In this document: positions 1-15,000 of the stretch, one piece after another
Position numbering within the stretch: the first letter of the stretch is position 1
How the letters are laid out: every line of letters starts with the position of its first letter
Assembly: GCA_028279595.1 (NCBI GenBank)
Contig: JANQNK010000004.1
Location: 128,001 to 192,000 of the forward strand
Direction of reading: 5' to 3'
Source: Thermoplasmatota archaeon
GTDB taxonomy: Archaea; Thermoplasmatota; JAKEGO01
DNA: 64,000 nucleotides
Notes under the pieces: model-generated
What the model was told of the DNA's origin: nothing
Databases searched by the model: none
The model's input: only the letters and a program-made list of their open reading frames with translations
Translations under genes and position numbers: made by a program

Positions 1-3000
1 GTACCCCAGTCTCCGCTGACTTCGGGGACGATATCCTCTTCGCGGAGATCGGAGGGGAGACCGGACCGGACATGATCGTCGCCGATGCGGAGGCAGGGAC
101 CGGAGGAGAGGTATACATCCTCCTGGACCCTGACGAGGGTAATTTGACAGTGTCGGACGCCGACATCACATTGACTGGTGCGGCCGGCAGCATGTTCGGG
201 TCCGGGGTCTCGTTCACCGACATGAACGACGACAACGTGACGGACCTGATAGTGGGAGCTCCGATGGCCGACAACGGGAACGGAACGGTCTATCTCTTCC
301 TAGGACCTATAGCCAACGGCTCCTACCAGAATGCGAATATTACTCTTGACGCGCCCGAGGACACGCTGGGATTCGGTGCATCGGTCCAGGCCTCCGAGAT
401 CAACGGGGATACGAGGCCCGACATCGCGATAGCGAGCATCTACCAGCCCGGTGGGAACGGTCTCGTGGGATCGTACTACGATGACATCGACCTGTCCGAA
501 CTGATGTACGTCCAGGTCGACGACGATATCGATTTCAACTGGGGACTTGGCGCGCCGACGAACCTTAGCGCTGACACCTTCTCGATACGCTGGACCGGTC
601 TCTTGTACTGCGAGGAGACCGGCGAGCACACCTTCTGGGTGGACGCCGACGATGCTATCCGCGTCTACATCGACGGCGACATGGTCATCGATGCGTGGGG
701 TGGAGCGCCGAATGCATCGGAAGGTGTGTACCTCCTAGAGGGATATCACGACATCAAGGTCGAGTACGCCGATGATACGCTCGACGCGTACGTGAACCTC
801 AATTGGACGACGGCATATTCTAGTGGTCCCGTCCCGACCGCGAACCTGGTCCCGTCCTTGTCCAGTCCGTTGTTCATAGTCAACGGAAAGACGAACCTCT
901 CGAACCTGGAGGTCTCGGACATCCTCGTCGGAGAGGTGATGGGTAGCACATTCGGCAGCGAGATGATCGATTCCGACGAGGGATTGGTGGTGGGCTCCTG
1001 GTCGACCGGCCACGTCTTCATCCATGACGCGGACACGGCCGGAGACACCGAGACCTACTATGCCTATCCACAGTACAAGGGATCAGGGGATGAGACTGGT
1101 GAACCCGTCAGTGATCTGTGGGGCGATGACAATAACTATTACGAGGTCGAGAGAGGGAACAGCGAGGACGATCTGGAAATAGATACGTTCTACATCTACC
1201 AGCTACCGGCAATAGCCCGTCAATACGGGGAGATAGCTGGCGTCAACCTTTTGGTAAGGTGGTCCACCGACCAGTACTACATCTGGCAGGGCAACGGGGA
1301 TATGAACTATGTCCAGTTCGCGATAGAGGGGGATGCATATGAGGACCTCGTTCAGCCGACAAGGACCACAACTGAGGCCACGATCACTGGCAACCTCTAC
1401 AACAAGGGAGTAGATACGTACGGTGAGATCGAGGACCTCAACATACATTTCAACAATGGAGATGTCGGAAGCAGCGCGGATTCGGTCTACTTCGAGTTCA
1501 TCCTGGTGGAGATCGAGGTCTCTCTACCCGTGATGGACGAGTATGTGGACGGACCGGCCTCCTTCGGTATGTCCCTCGCCTCGTATGGCGATGACCTGTA
1601 CGTAGGGGCGCCCTATGCTGGTCCGATGACCAACGATCACGAGCTCGTGGGGATGTCCGGCGGAGGAAGCGCGTACTCCTTCGACATGACATCGTTGCCC
1701 GATGCTGCGGCGGAGGCGGGGGGCATCCTCTTCGGGACGCCCGGGTCCGAGTTCGGAAGCTCGTTGGCCACCGCCGACGGCATGTTGGCCATCGGCGCAC
1801 CTGAAGCATTCCTAGCCGACGACACCGGGGCCGTGTTCCTCGCCGAGGACATGGACCTCTCCGGATCCGGCCTTTGCCCGTACGGATCGGGCAACGCGGG
1901 GACAGTGGTCGCGATGAACGGCACATTGCTCGCCGCGGGAAATCCGGAGACCGACACCATCCATCTCATAGACATCACCGACGCCCCGACCATGGAGGTC
2001 GACAGGTCCGACTCGGTCCATGTGCCGACATCCGAGCAGTACACCATTGACATCAGCTCGACGGGCGTTCTCGCCATCACATCATATACGATCCCTGCCT
2101 GGGACTCCGATTTCAACGGAACTGACTGGATCAGGATGAGCGCCGGGGACCTCGACATGGATGTCGATATCAACACGGCGCCCGGACACGATACACCGGT
2201 AAGCATAGTCGGCAGGAGCCTTGACGGCCTGACATGCGGGCTCGACGTCATCTGGTTCAGGACGATGGAGGACAGCTTCTCCGTCGACGACCTTCACATC
2301 GTACGGGCGGACGGCAAGGCCTTCGCCTCGCCAGAGGGCGGCGTGGCCGGCGAGGTCAGCACGGTGAGGCCGTTCGTAAGGTACAGTGGGCCTGGTACGA
2401 CCGCTACAGACGTGGAGATCTCCACGGGAGGTTCCTACCTGAACCGGACAGTGCCACTGCCGTCGGACCTCATGGTCCTGGGCGACAACCTAACGGTCTC
2501 GAGCTACGGGACGGAGGCCTGGAGGGCCACCGACCAGATGGGCAGCTCGTACACGACAATCTCATTGACCGAGAGCCACTACTCCTGGAGGGTGATCGTC
2601 AACGGTTCATACCTACTCCAGAGGAGCGGATCGGTCGGCCTAAGGTTCTACACGCCGGTCGCGCTCACCTTCGATCAGGTCTCCATCGCGAGGGCGAGCG
2701 GGGATGATAGGAACATCTTCGACGAGACCCTCACGGAGGTCTCCTTCGGCGGGATGCCGTACTACCGTGCGGCAGCCGGAGAGGTCTTCGTATCGGATTG
2801 GACCGATTTCTCGATCGATCCGGACGGCATCTACGCCGTCTCCTTCCACACCCAGACTAACAGCACCAACGAGTTGACGTACTTCTACGGGTCTGGCATC
2901 GGAGAGACCTATTACAGGACTGGCGATTACAGGAGCGATCCAGACTGGTCCGACAACGCACCTTCGTCCTCGGCGTTCTCTGCCTATCTAATATCGGTGC

Positions 3001-6000
3001 AGAGCGAGACGCTCCCATCGGTATCCGGGATCGTATCGATTCCCTGGTACTCGCCCGTTGGCTGGAACTCCATCGGATGGACAGCGACCACTCCGGGCGG
3101 CAGCTCGGTGAGGGGGAGCATCAGGACCGCGGACGATGTGGGCGGTATGCCCGCGAACTGGTCTGCCTGGAGGGGTCCGTCTGGAGAGGACCCGTACCTC
3201 GCACCGTCAGCGATGACTGAAACGTCCTCCTGGATCCAGTACAGGGCCGAACTCGTCACCTCGGACGGGATGGCCCCGATCCTTCACAGTTTCTATCTTG
3301 GGACCACACAGGGCGACGCGGTCCAGGACGAATGGACCACCATCTGGGATCCCACATGGGGCACCGGGGATATTACGGGGATCGAGATGCAGTACCGGCT
3401 GGACAGCCTGTGGACGGGCTCGGTCGGATATCACAACATAACGGTCGGCCTGGGCGGTGAGACCGGTACGTTCATGGTCGAGATGGAATCGAACGCTCCC
3501 AACGGGGTGGTCACCATCTCCGGACGTACGGAGGACATCCAGGCGTACGCGCTAACGGGGGCTGCAATATCACTATCCAACCTTCGGACAGGGAGCATGT
3601 TGAACACGACCTCCGACGGATCGGGCGATTATTCGCTCGACCTCTCGAGCCTGCCTGGCGGCTACATCGACGGGGAGGCATTCATCATAAATGCGACGCA
3701 CATGGGGTCCTTCGGTACGGAGGCCTTCACTATCTACTCGGAGGACGGGGACAGGACGATCGATATCGCCCTAGAGCTCGAGGGGCTCGAGATCTTCGTC
3801 GATCTGCAGGACACACCGTATGGACAGAGGTTCATCAGGATGAACCGGGAGTCGGACGGTGCGGAGACCGATACGCCGGTTGAGGGAGAGGACACGCTCC
3901 TGTCCGCGAGGATCGGTAACAGGGGGCAGCTCGACGCCAAGAACGTCACCCTCGGATTCTTCGACAACGGGACGATCATCGGAGCGGAGCAGAAATTGAA
4001 CATAACCTCCGGAGATGTCGTCGAGATCCAGCAGTGGTGGACGCCAACGCCTGGATGGACGAACCTTTCAGTGAAGGCCTGGGGGATGTGGAACACGGAA
4101 CACTACTTCTGGGCGGACCTCTGGGACTCACCCATCGACTGGGGAGGCGCGGTGGACTTCACGACCGAGGCATACAACACCCCCGACGATCTCAACACAT
4201 GGTGGATCGACGGGGCGGACCCGAACAGCTCCATGGATGGCTGGGATTGGCTGCCCTTCGCATATGGAAGCACGGATGAGGATTACACCTGGCTCGGTGA
4301 ACCGAGTGGGGAGGCGGACTATGTTGAAGCGGGACAGATCGAGATAAGGATAGGCCGCTACAGCGGCTGGGGGAACTCGGGCATGGACGGGGAATCGTCC
4401 GGCGCCTTCGGAACGCAGTTCTACATAGAGCCGGACGCTTTCGCGGAATGGACCGGTGGAAAGGCGATACTCAGGTTCGTCTGGGACTGGGACCAGTGGT
4501 CCGGCACGGAGGAAAGATGCTCCCTGCTGGGACGGATCAGGACCAGGAACGACACCCTTTGGCTGGGGTCAGATGTGAGCACAGCCTACTATCCAAATTC
4601 CTCGGCGGCCATCTACGGAAAGAACGAGGACGAGAACACCAACCAGGACTTCTGGGACCAGAATTTCGTCCAGGACGTAACGTCGATCTTCAACCAGTCG
4701 GGTCATTACTATCTCGACCTAGGCGCATGGGTCGATGACACGTCCCGCAAGGGTGAAGGGGCGAGCGCATCCTTCGATGATATCTCCCTCGAGTTCGTCA
4801 GGGAGGTCACGGACCAGTTCCCCGACAACGACGAGGGGTGGATGAACGTCACGGTACTTCCCAATCAACCTGTGACGCCGTTCAATGCCAGCGTCCAGTT
4901 CATAGACAATTACAATCTCACGGGCCTCAGGGTCAACTTCACCTCGTACACGACCTCCGGATCATGGTCGCTGGACGACAGGGCCAATGGCACGGGACAT
5001 TACGATATCGGAATACCGGCGATCAACTATACCGAGGCTGATATGCTAAATATCGTCGTCGACGATGTCCTGGATGGAGTGCGTTTCCTGGGTTCGTACC
5101 AGACCGTACTCTATTCCTACGAGAGCCCGGCCTCGATCGTGATCCCGCTGTTCAGCTACGGGTTCAGCATGACGCCAGTGAGCACACATGCAGTTCTCTC
5201 ACCCGGTGATTCATTCAATTACTCATTGATGGTCATGAGCGACTCGAACGTCGGTGTTGACATCTATCTGAACGTTACCGGACTTCCGGCAGGATGGGAC
5301 GTGGTCCTGTCCGGATCGAACGTCAACAAGTCTGGAGGTCAGTACACCGTGTGGGTACCAGCTTATGGCTCGGTCACGGTAACCGTATTCCTTGAGCTCG
5401 ACGAGGACCCGCTGTCGTCATTGCCTGGCAACTACTCATGGTCGGTGGACGGCGGGGCGTGGTTCGGAAAGGACTCGATCACCATGCTGTCGGACGTCAT
5501 TCCCGTATACACCTTCGAGATCTCCGATATCGACGTGGAGACCATCGTTCCTGGAGGGACCGTCTTCTACAACGTCACCGTGCTCAGCACCGGCAACGTC
5601 GACAACATCATCGACTTCAACCTCACCGCTCCAGACAACTGGACGGTGCATATCCCGAACACCGCCCTGCCATTGGCAGCGAGCACGAGCGAGAACATCG
5701 TGTTCTACATCACTGCTCCCGATTGGCCCGGAAAGAACATGACCCAGGGAACGGACTACAACCTGACTCTCGACGGGGCGAGCCGGCATTCCGCCGACGC
5801 AGACATGAAGGCGGTCGATCTGGAGATCGGCAGCATTCACGATATCAGACTCGAAGGGGATGACATGGAATGCGAGCCGGGCATCCCGGTGTTCTATCCG
5901 ATCAACATCACGAACCACGGCAATGTCAGGGAGACGGTGACCTTGATGCTCGAGTGGAATGCCACGATCGGGAATGTCTCTACGCCGACGCCTATCGTCC

Positions 6001-9000
6001 TGGACCCGGGCGAGTGGTACATACTGGACATCGTTTTCACACCGTCGCCCGACTACAACGTCTCTACCGCCGACAGGGTCCTCGAGATAAACGCCAGCTA
6101 CGGCAGTGCCCTGCTCAACGCGAGGTTCACCGTGGAGCGGGTATACGACCTTCACTTCATCGTACCGGACACCATAGATACCGTCATCGGACAGGAGACC
6201 GAGTTCGAGGTCACGATCGAGAACCGTGGGAACGGTGATGCCACATACAAGATCGGGGTTTCGAACGGGATCCCGAGCACACCCTTCATGGAGCTCGTGA
6301 CATGGGACCCGAGGACATTGGGTGTCAAGATGACGCCGGACACGGAGGGGTGGTCCAACGTCACGCTGTCGCTCATCCTCGACTCAGAGACCATCGGCCA
6401 GATCGCTGTTCCGATCAAGGCCAGCAGAGGATACATCGACTTCGTCATGGGTGATAGCGAGGTTGTCATCAACGACGTGGACGCCTATGACATCTCCCCG
6501 TCCACCATGGACATGGCCTACATCTCCGCAGGGAATGCCTACTATCTCCCGGCCAACGGCACAGCGGTCGATCTCGGTGCAACGAATGCGACCGACATCG
6601 CGATCACGAACCTCGGATCAGCCTTCATCGCGCTGGCGAAGCCTGACGCGGTGATGGTACACGAGGTCTCGGGGAACGCTCCCTACAACATCGTTGAGAC
6701 CTGGAACATGTCGGTCGGCGGTACCATGGTCGAGATGGACTCCAGCACCTACACGACGGACGGGAACGCGGTCTACCTCGTTTGGATAGCGCCTGGAGGT
6801 GTGAAGTTCCGTTCACTCAGCAACTGGCAGAGCAAGGACTGGAACACGGTTGCGAACATCTACTCGGGAACTGCGACCGCCATCGACCTGGTCGCGTCCG
6901 GTTCCCGGATAAATATTGCATGGGGCGCCTCGAACGGGGTGCACTACGAGCGGGTATCATATCTCGGTTCCGAGGACATCGCCCCCGTGAGGGTCGCCAA
7001 CGTCGCTCCTCCGACCTCGGTCGCCCTATCGAACCCGATGGACCTGCACCTCGCGTGGGCGTCCAACGGCGTGGTCTCCTATGCGACCTACAACGGGTCC
7101 TGGTCGTCGGCGACCAGGCTGCGCGAGGGTTTCGAGGTCGCCGGAGCCGTGGCGGGGGACATCACGTCGTTCGCTATATCCGAGGACTTCGTCTCCGTCG
7201 TACACCCGCCGCAGGGATTCTGGCAGGCATCCGAGAGGGGGGACCCATCGTCCCCGACCATCGTCTGGGACGACGGAATGTACGTCTATTACCTGGATGG
7301 TGACCTCCACGTCAACGAGATCGGGCTTCCGTTCCTGATGGACTGGGGCGAGGAAGCGGAGATCGATGTGACCCTGTACAACCGCGGATCCCGCAACATG
7401 GATGTTTCGCCCACCGCGTCGGTCCACGAGGATTGGACTGCGGACATCGGTTCGGACCCCGTCCCCAAGGGAGGAACGGGGATGATAACGCTCGAGGTGA
7501 AGGCCCCTTACACGATATCATCGGAGGACTCCACGGATGTGGTGATCTCGCTTGACGGGATCGAGATGGTGAGGATACCGGCGCGGGCGTTGGGCGGAGA
7601 GGTCCACGAGGTGTCCGTCGAGGGAGACCTTGCGGCTACGCCGGGTGAGACCCTAGAGACCACCCTGACCTTCACCAACACCGGGAATTCGCATGAGAAC
7701 ATCACGATCGAGCTCATCGTCCCCGAAGGCTGGGAGATGGTCCTCGACTCTGATTCGCTATCGATACCGGCCGGCGGGACGGGTGCCGTGGGAGTGACCG
7801 TAACAGCACCGATCGACACGATCGCACAGGACGACCTGTCCGTCAACCTCACGTTCGCCGGGACGACCACCGTCGTGATGGCGCCAGTGGCCGTCGCCCC
7901 GATGGCCCCACATATCGGGAGCGTCAACGTCACCACCGGTCTCTCGGGAGACATGATATGGATGAATGCGACGGTGTTCAGGGCGCTCTCGGTCGAATGG
8001 TTCCTGCCCAACGGCACGGAACTGTCCGGTACCGAGGTGGTGGGAGCGTTCGACATCCCTGGAACTGCCGTCGTACAGCTCGTCGCCACCAATGAGGCGG
8101 GTGTTGAGTCGACGTTCGTCAACGTCACCATCGGGAACAGACTGCCCACAGGCGTGGACTTCGCGACGGGCAAACTGAAGGCCGGAGAGAGCATCATGCT
8201 CGAGGCCAACGGTACCGACCCCGAGGGAACGCTCCTCACTTTCACCTGGACGATCGAGGGTGAGGAATACGTTGGAACCTCCGTCGATTACCGCTTCGAG
8301 GAAAAGGGAACCTACAAGGTTCTCTTGACAGCGGTGGACGAGCACGGTGGTGCCACGGAGGTCTCGCACAACGTAGTCGTCACCGGTGGTGAGGAGGACG
8401 GCGTTGCCGGGATGGACATGATCGACCTGATGCTGATCATCTCGCTGATACTCCTCATCCTGATCCTCCTGCTCCTCCTGGTGAAGAAACGCAAGGCGCC
8501 GGTCGCCGAGAAGGCCCTCAAGGACGAGAGCATGTTCGAGATGGTCCACCGCCTGTGGCCCCAGTACGTCGACACCGTTCGAGACCTCGATCCGAAGGTG
8601 GCCGACATACTGGAGCAGGCGAAGCTGTTGAACTACGACGAGACGACGAACGTGCTAACACTGGGTCTCGCAGAGGGTGAGGACTTCAAGAAGGCTGTGA
8701 TGCCCGAGGTACTCGAGGTGATGGAGCGCGGATTCCACGACCTCCACGGGACCAGGGTATTCCTGTTCATCGAGAGCGGGATGGGCGCGGCTCCGAAGGA
8801 GGAAAGCGGTCCGACGCTGACCCTCGTCAAGGACGAGCCACCTAAGAAGGGTGGCGCGGCAGAGCCCGGGGCAGTGAAGAAGGGCCCCCGGAAGAGGAAG
8901 GCCAAGAGACCCCAGGCGAAGAATGGACCGCAGCAGGAAGGGGGCGCAAAGGACGCACCGAAGAAGAAGGTCGCAAGGCCGAAGAAGAAGGGGCCGAAGG

Positions 9001-12000
9001 GTCCGTTCTGCCTTGTCCTGATGGTACTGATGATAGGGCTGTTGGGTGTTGCCTCCGGCGAGCAGCTCACGCTCGCCGACGTGGACCTTGACGGAGCGGA
9101 CGACGTTGCCGTAGGATTCCCCGATGATGACTCCATTGGTTACGCGACTGGACCCCTGTCACGGGGAGAAGTGGCACTGACCACCGTCGAGGGCCAGGCA
9201 GGCTCGGGATACGGTTACGCCCTCGCATCGACGAACGGGACACTGGCCGTCATGGCGCATTCCAATGCATCCACGGTCGTCTACCTCTACGATGCGTTCG
9301 GCACCTGGGACAGCTTCGATTCGAACATATCGACGATCTCGCCCTCCGGAGTGAACTCGCTCGCTGTCGGGGACTACGATGGCGATGACGAGGTCGACAT
9401 CGCGGTCGCTTCATCGGCAGGCACCGTTCGGGTGTACTTCGGCCCCGAGTACTCATCGACCATGACGATCGATGTTCCCGCGTCCGGGGACATCGCCCTG
9501 GTGCTCGAGGACATCGACGGCTCCGGCGAGGACGAGCTGGTGGTCGGAGTACCGTCCATCGGCATCGTCCTGATATTCGAAGGAGGGGTCGATTACCAGA
9601 CCCAGTTGATCGCGCCCGACCTGGAGGACATGGAGTCCGGCATCAACCTGACATGGGAGGACGACGGCCTCATGCTCGCGAGACTGGGCGAGATCGAGAA
9701 CGGAGACGGCTCTGACGGCATGGTTGGTTGGTGGACCACGGACAACAGGGACGGGAACGAGAACGGTTTGATCCGTCTCCTCGACGGAGACATTGGAAGC
9801 TGGAAGGTCAGCCCAGACAGCGGAGCACCGACCGTCGGTTTCGGCTCGAACCGGGACACAATGGTCCAGGACGGGGAGAACAAGGCATATTCCGGCACAC
9901 TTTGCAGTCCATCGTTCGAGATACCCGACAACGTGGAATACCTCCACCTGTGGTACCGTTACGTCCTGGCCAGCTTCGATAGATGGGAGGGCGTCTATGT
10001 CGATATCTACAACGATGTGAACAACAACAAGCTCCTCAGTGTACATCAGAGGAGGTTCGGTGACAACGGTAACTGGAGAACCTACGAGGAGTCGAAGATC
10101 ATCGAGGTGTCGAGCTTCCAGGGATACACTGTCTACTTCGGCGGAGAACTGGACGGCGACGACGGACGTGATTCCGCCCTCATAACCATGGACGACATCT
10201 ACTTCTCCGACGAAGAGGGCAACATAGCCCGCAAGGACACGGGACACTACGTTTCCTATCCCCAGACGGTGGGATTCAACATAACGTCGGTGGTTCCGAT
10301 ATGGGACGCTGACCTGAACGGCGAGGAGATAGAGATCAGGGCGAGGGCGTCATCGAGCGTTCCCTGGACCTCGATCGAACCGCTCGAGAACTCGGTATTG
10401 AACGAGCTGTCCGTCGCCGGGACCGCCTTCGAGTACAACATCACATTGAGGTCGGATAACATCGGCATCAGCCCGGTACTTAGGAGCCTGACCTTCGAGC
10501 TCATGTCCGCTCCGGGAGCGGTCATCAAGGGCAAGGCCAACACCGGCTTCGGGTCCACGCTGAAGGTGTCGGTGGACCATGACACGCTAGTCGTTGGTTC
10601 CCCGACCTACTTCACGAAGGGATCGGCGTTCGGTTACGACCTTCCCTCCATCGGGGACAGTCTCACGCTCGCAAACACGACGTTCACCGTGGAAACGAAC
10701 GAACTCGATGCCGGTCTTGGTACGGGAGTCGCCCTGGCTGACCTGACCGGGGACGGTATGGCAGAGGTCCTGGTCTCGGCGCCAATGGCGAGGTTTAAGG
10801 CCGACGACGGTGGAGCGGTATACGGGTTCTCGCAGGCATCCGGAGACCTTACGATCAAGGAGTCGGAGGTCCAGTATGCCGGCGACGGTGGACTCGGGAC
10901 AGCGATGGCATCGTGCTGGGACAGGATCGCCGTCCTCGAGGGCGAGACCGTGAGCATCATCGAGGGATGGCACGCCCTCCGTTTCATCACGACGGACGCG
11001 AACTCCTTCCCCGACAATTCGATCTCGATACCGATCTCCATAGAGAACCTGTTCGACGCCGAACAGATCGACCTCGGATTGATACTTCCAGGCAACTGGA
11101 CCGGCCATTTCGAGGACGGTGGCACGGTCACATCGGTTTCTGTAGGCGCTGGAACGACCAAGAACCTGACCCTGGTGGTCGATATCCCCGAGACGGCGTC
11201 GGACGACGACTTCGAGGTCTCACTTATCGGGATCGGTGCGGACGGGATCGCTTACAACGTCTCCACGCTCACTGTGGACGTGTTCATCCCGGACATCTAT
11301 CCGAACTATCTCTTCATGCTCAGGGGCGACGGATGGAACGCCACCGACAATTCACGTCACCTGATAGCGGGAGAGGTCGCCAACATAACGGTGGAGTTCT
11401 ACACGATCAGCGATTCGCCGCTTCCCGAGATAACGATCACTTTCTTCGAGGAGTACAATACAGGTTCGTCGTGGGACTATTCGGTCATCGACAACTTCAC
11501 GGTACAGCCGGTCCCGGGGGAGAGCACATGGCTCAGCACCGACTGGACACCCTTCACGGACGGCGAGTTCTACATCGGCGCGATGATCGACTCGCTCGAG
11601 ACCGTGCTTGAGACTGACGAGGACAATGAGATCAAGTACAAGAGGGACATACTCGACGACATTCCTGAAAGCGTTTACACCATCAGCGGAAAGGTGTTCG
11701 ACACCGACAACACGACAGTGAACGCATCGATAACCGTCTCCGGACCTAGGGGATACATGGACTCGTTCACCTCGAGCGATTCCGGAGATTACTCCACCGT
11801 GATCGACAACAGCAGCTATTTCGAGGGCGAGGTGTTCTGGATCAACGCGACCCTTTCCGGACCTCCCGGTTCTGCATCGGAGTCGATCGCACTCTACTCA
11901 GAGGATGTAGGTTCCGAGATCGATCTCGACCTCCACTTCGATGGGGTCGACGTCGCGCTGGAAGAATTCGACGACGCCACAGGGACGGTCGATATCTCGA

Positions 12001-15000
12001 TCCTGAGGTACGGTGACGGGATGGCCGATGACACTGTGGTGGCGGGACTCCCGGTCACCCTGGAGATCGAGGTAAAGAACAGGGGAACCGACGATGTGTC
12101 AGTGGACGCGTCCTTCTGGACGAACACGTCCATCGGTTCCGTGGTGAGGACGGTGGACGCGCTGTCCGCGGACAGGATTAATATCTCGTGGACCCCGGCC
12201 TCGGCGGGAACATACGACCTATACGTCCAGCTCAATGCGAGCGGTGACATATATTCCGCCAATGACATGGGTTCCAGACTGTCGGTGGTATGCATTCCGA
12301 GGACGCCTTCGATGGACATCTGGATCAACGGAACGGTATTTGACACGGAGGGAGACCCACTCTCCGGCGTGCAGGTGCCTGTCGAGAACCTTGGTTCGTC
12401 ATGGATGAACAGTTCGATAATCACGAACGGCACTGGCTGGTTCTCGACCCTGATCAACATGTCATCATATCTCGAGGGAGACAGGATCGACATCAACGTG
12501 TCGCACAGCGGGAACTGGGGGAACACGACGATCCACCTCTTCTCGTACGACGGCGACCACGACGTGACCCTCCTGCTGAGGAGGTACGGGGTCGGACTCA
12601 CGGGCGACGCTTCCGCGAAGGTAATGCCGTGGGACATGGCGATGTATCAGCTCAACCTCTCGAGCGGTGCGAACTTCAACGACACGTTCACCGTAAGGGC
12701 ATCCGGGGTCCCGTCCGGCTGGGACCACTACTTCCTCTACGGCAATGGTTCCATGGTGAGTCCGTTCTCTTGGGGCCTTGATCCCGATGGTTCGATCGAG
12801 CTTTACCTGGTGATGTGGACAGAGACCGATCCATGGCTGGTCCTTCCGGACACGTACGCTGTTACGGTGAGGGCTTTCATGGACTCTCATCCTACCACAT
12901 CGGTCGACCTCATGGTCTCGCTGGAGGTCCTTCCGACATACAACTTCACACTGACGGGCGTGAACACCAGCTGGTCGGTGGCGCCCAATGGAACGGTCAT
13001 GTTCGAGTATGACCTGACGAACTGGGCGAACGGCAACGTCTCCGTCCTCGTGACGGCGTTCTCTGACGAGCCCGATGTCGGGCTGGTCTACCCGAGCTCG
13101 ATCTCGCTCGGTTACGGCGATACGGAGACCCTTTTCATAGAGGCCACTGCCCCACCTCTGTCGTCGGATATCGAGGCGGGATCCGAGATAGAGATCACCC
13201 TCAAGGTGGCAGCGCTCAACGATTCCAAGATGGACAGATGGGCGACGCCGGTCATGACCGTCGAGGGCATCGTCGCCCTTGAGTGGTCCGGGACCATGGC
13301 CGAGGAGGCGGTCCCGGGCGATGAGGCGGTCTACGAACTGGTCCTTACGAACGTAGGCAATGCCGACTTCTCAGGGAACGTCTCGATCGGGGGTGCCGAT
13401 TTCTATACATGGGTGTACCCGGACGGTGTGGACCTCGGACCTGGAGATTCGGAGACGTTCACGATATTCGCCGAGGCTGACTTCGAGGATATAGGCGGCG
13501 ACAGCCTGCCGGCGGGAACGATGCTCGACTTCAACGTCACGGTCGGCAACGTTACCGCGGACCTTACGCTCACGTCGCTATCGAAGCACTCGATCACGAT
13601 ATCGAGTGACGCGACCGACACCTGGGCGCACCACACGGACGCCCAGACGTTCGAGGTCGTCATCAGGAACAAGGGCAACGTTCCGGAGGACGTCATCATG
13701 TACATGGCCGGAGAGAACACCTCATGGGTGTCCCTCGCGATGGACGACTTCACGCTCGGAATCAACGAGGTGCTCAAGTTCAACCTGACGATCGACCCCG
13801 ATGGTCCGGGGGTTTGCGACATTGCGATCTACGGATCGAGCGATGACGCGGTGTCGAACTCTCTCAATGTGTTCGTGACCTTCGACGATCGGACCGATCA
13901 GGTGCTGGTATATTCACCAGCCTTCATGATAACCGACGATGCGGAGGAGTTCGACTCCTGCGGCGACGCCGTGGTATGGAGGAGCTCGGGCGGGATCCAC
14001 GTCGATGACGGCACCGGGGCGATATCCCTCGGGGATGGATCTCTGCCGACCGTCGGAACCTACGGCGACCTCGTTGGAGTATCGTGGTTCGAGGATGGAT
14101 CTGTGATGTTCGCAACGTCGGCCGGGGATTACGCGACCCAGGAGGTCTCCGACCTGACGCCCGTCCGTTTGGAGGTATCGCCAGGCCCGGTAAGGGCCGT
14201 GGCCATCGACACGGGTTCGGCTATCAAGGTGCTGACGTTCAGCGGCGGGAACTGGACCCAGGCCCACTATCCGCACGGCGACTTCGCCCTGATACCCCAT
14301 GGTGATGAGCTCTATCTACTCCACATCAATTCAACGAACGCCTCCATCAGAACACTCCCGGACGGCGATGTGGTCGAGGAGCTAGACCTCGACGAGGTCC
14401 ACCAGGTCCTGGTCGATGACGCCATCGGGATCCTGGGGGAATACGAGGGCGCGGGCGTTCTCATCTGGGGCGAGCCCGGGGACTGGACAACGACCAAGGG
14501 GCCGGTCTGGGGAGAGGCCCTGATCTCGACCGGACAGTGTCCGATCGCAGTCGGATACACTACTGGGGAGATGGTCCTCAAGAGCGACTGCGGACGCTTC
14601 ACCATGCCGATGAGGCCAACCTGGCCCCTGGCGATGATGGACGGCGGTTATCTGCCCCCGGTACCGACATCAGACCTTGGCGGCGGCGATGCGGTCTATT
14701 ACATCTCCGGTGACTCGCTCTACATGATGCCGCTCGACATGATCGTACGACCCGACGAGACCGGTGAGACCTTCGAGGTGTTCGTGTATGGCAACGCAGA
14801 GGGGTTGACCCCCATCATCGACGGCATGGCGAGCATCGTCTCCTCGGATGTCAACACTACGACTGGTATCGTCTCGGTGACGATCGTATCGGACCCGGTC
14901 GAGGCGGGTGAATCATATCCGCTCTCCATCTCGCTCATGGATGGCAGCGGATCCACCAATGGGCTCGGGTTCATAATGATCCCCAGGAGCTACGTCCAGA

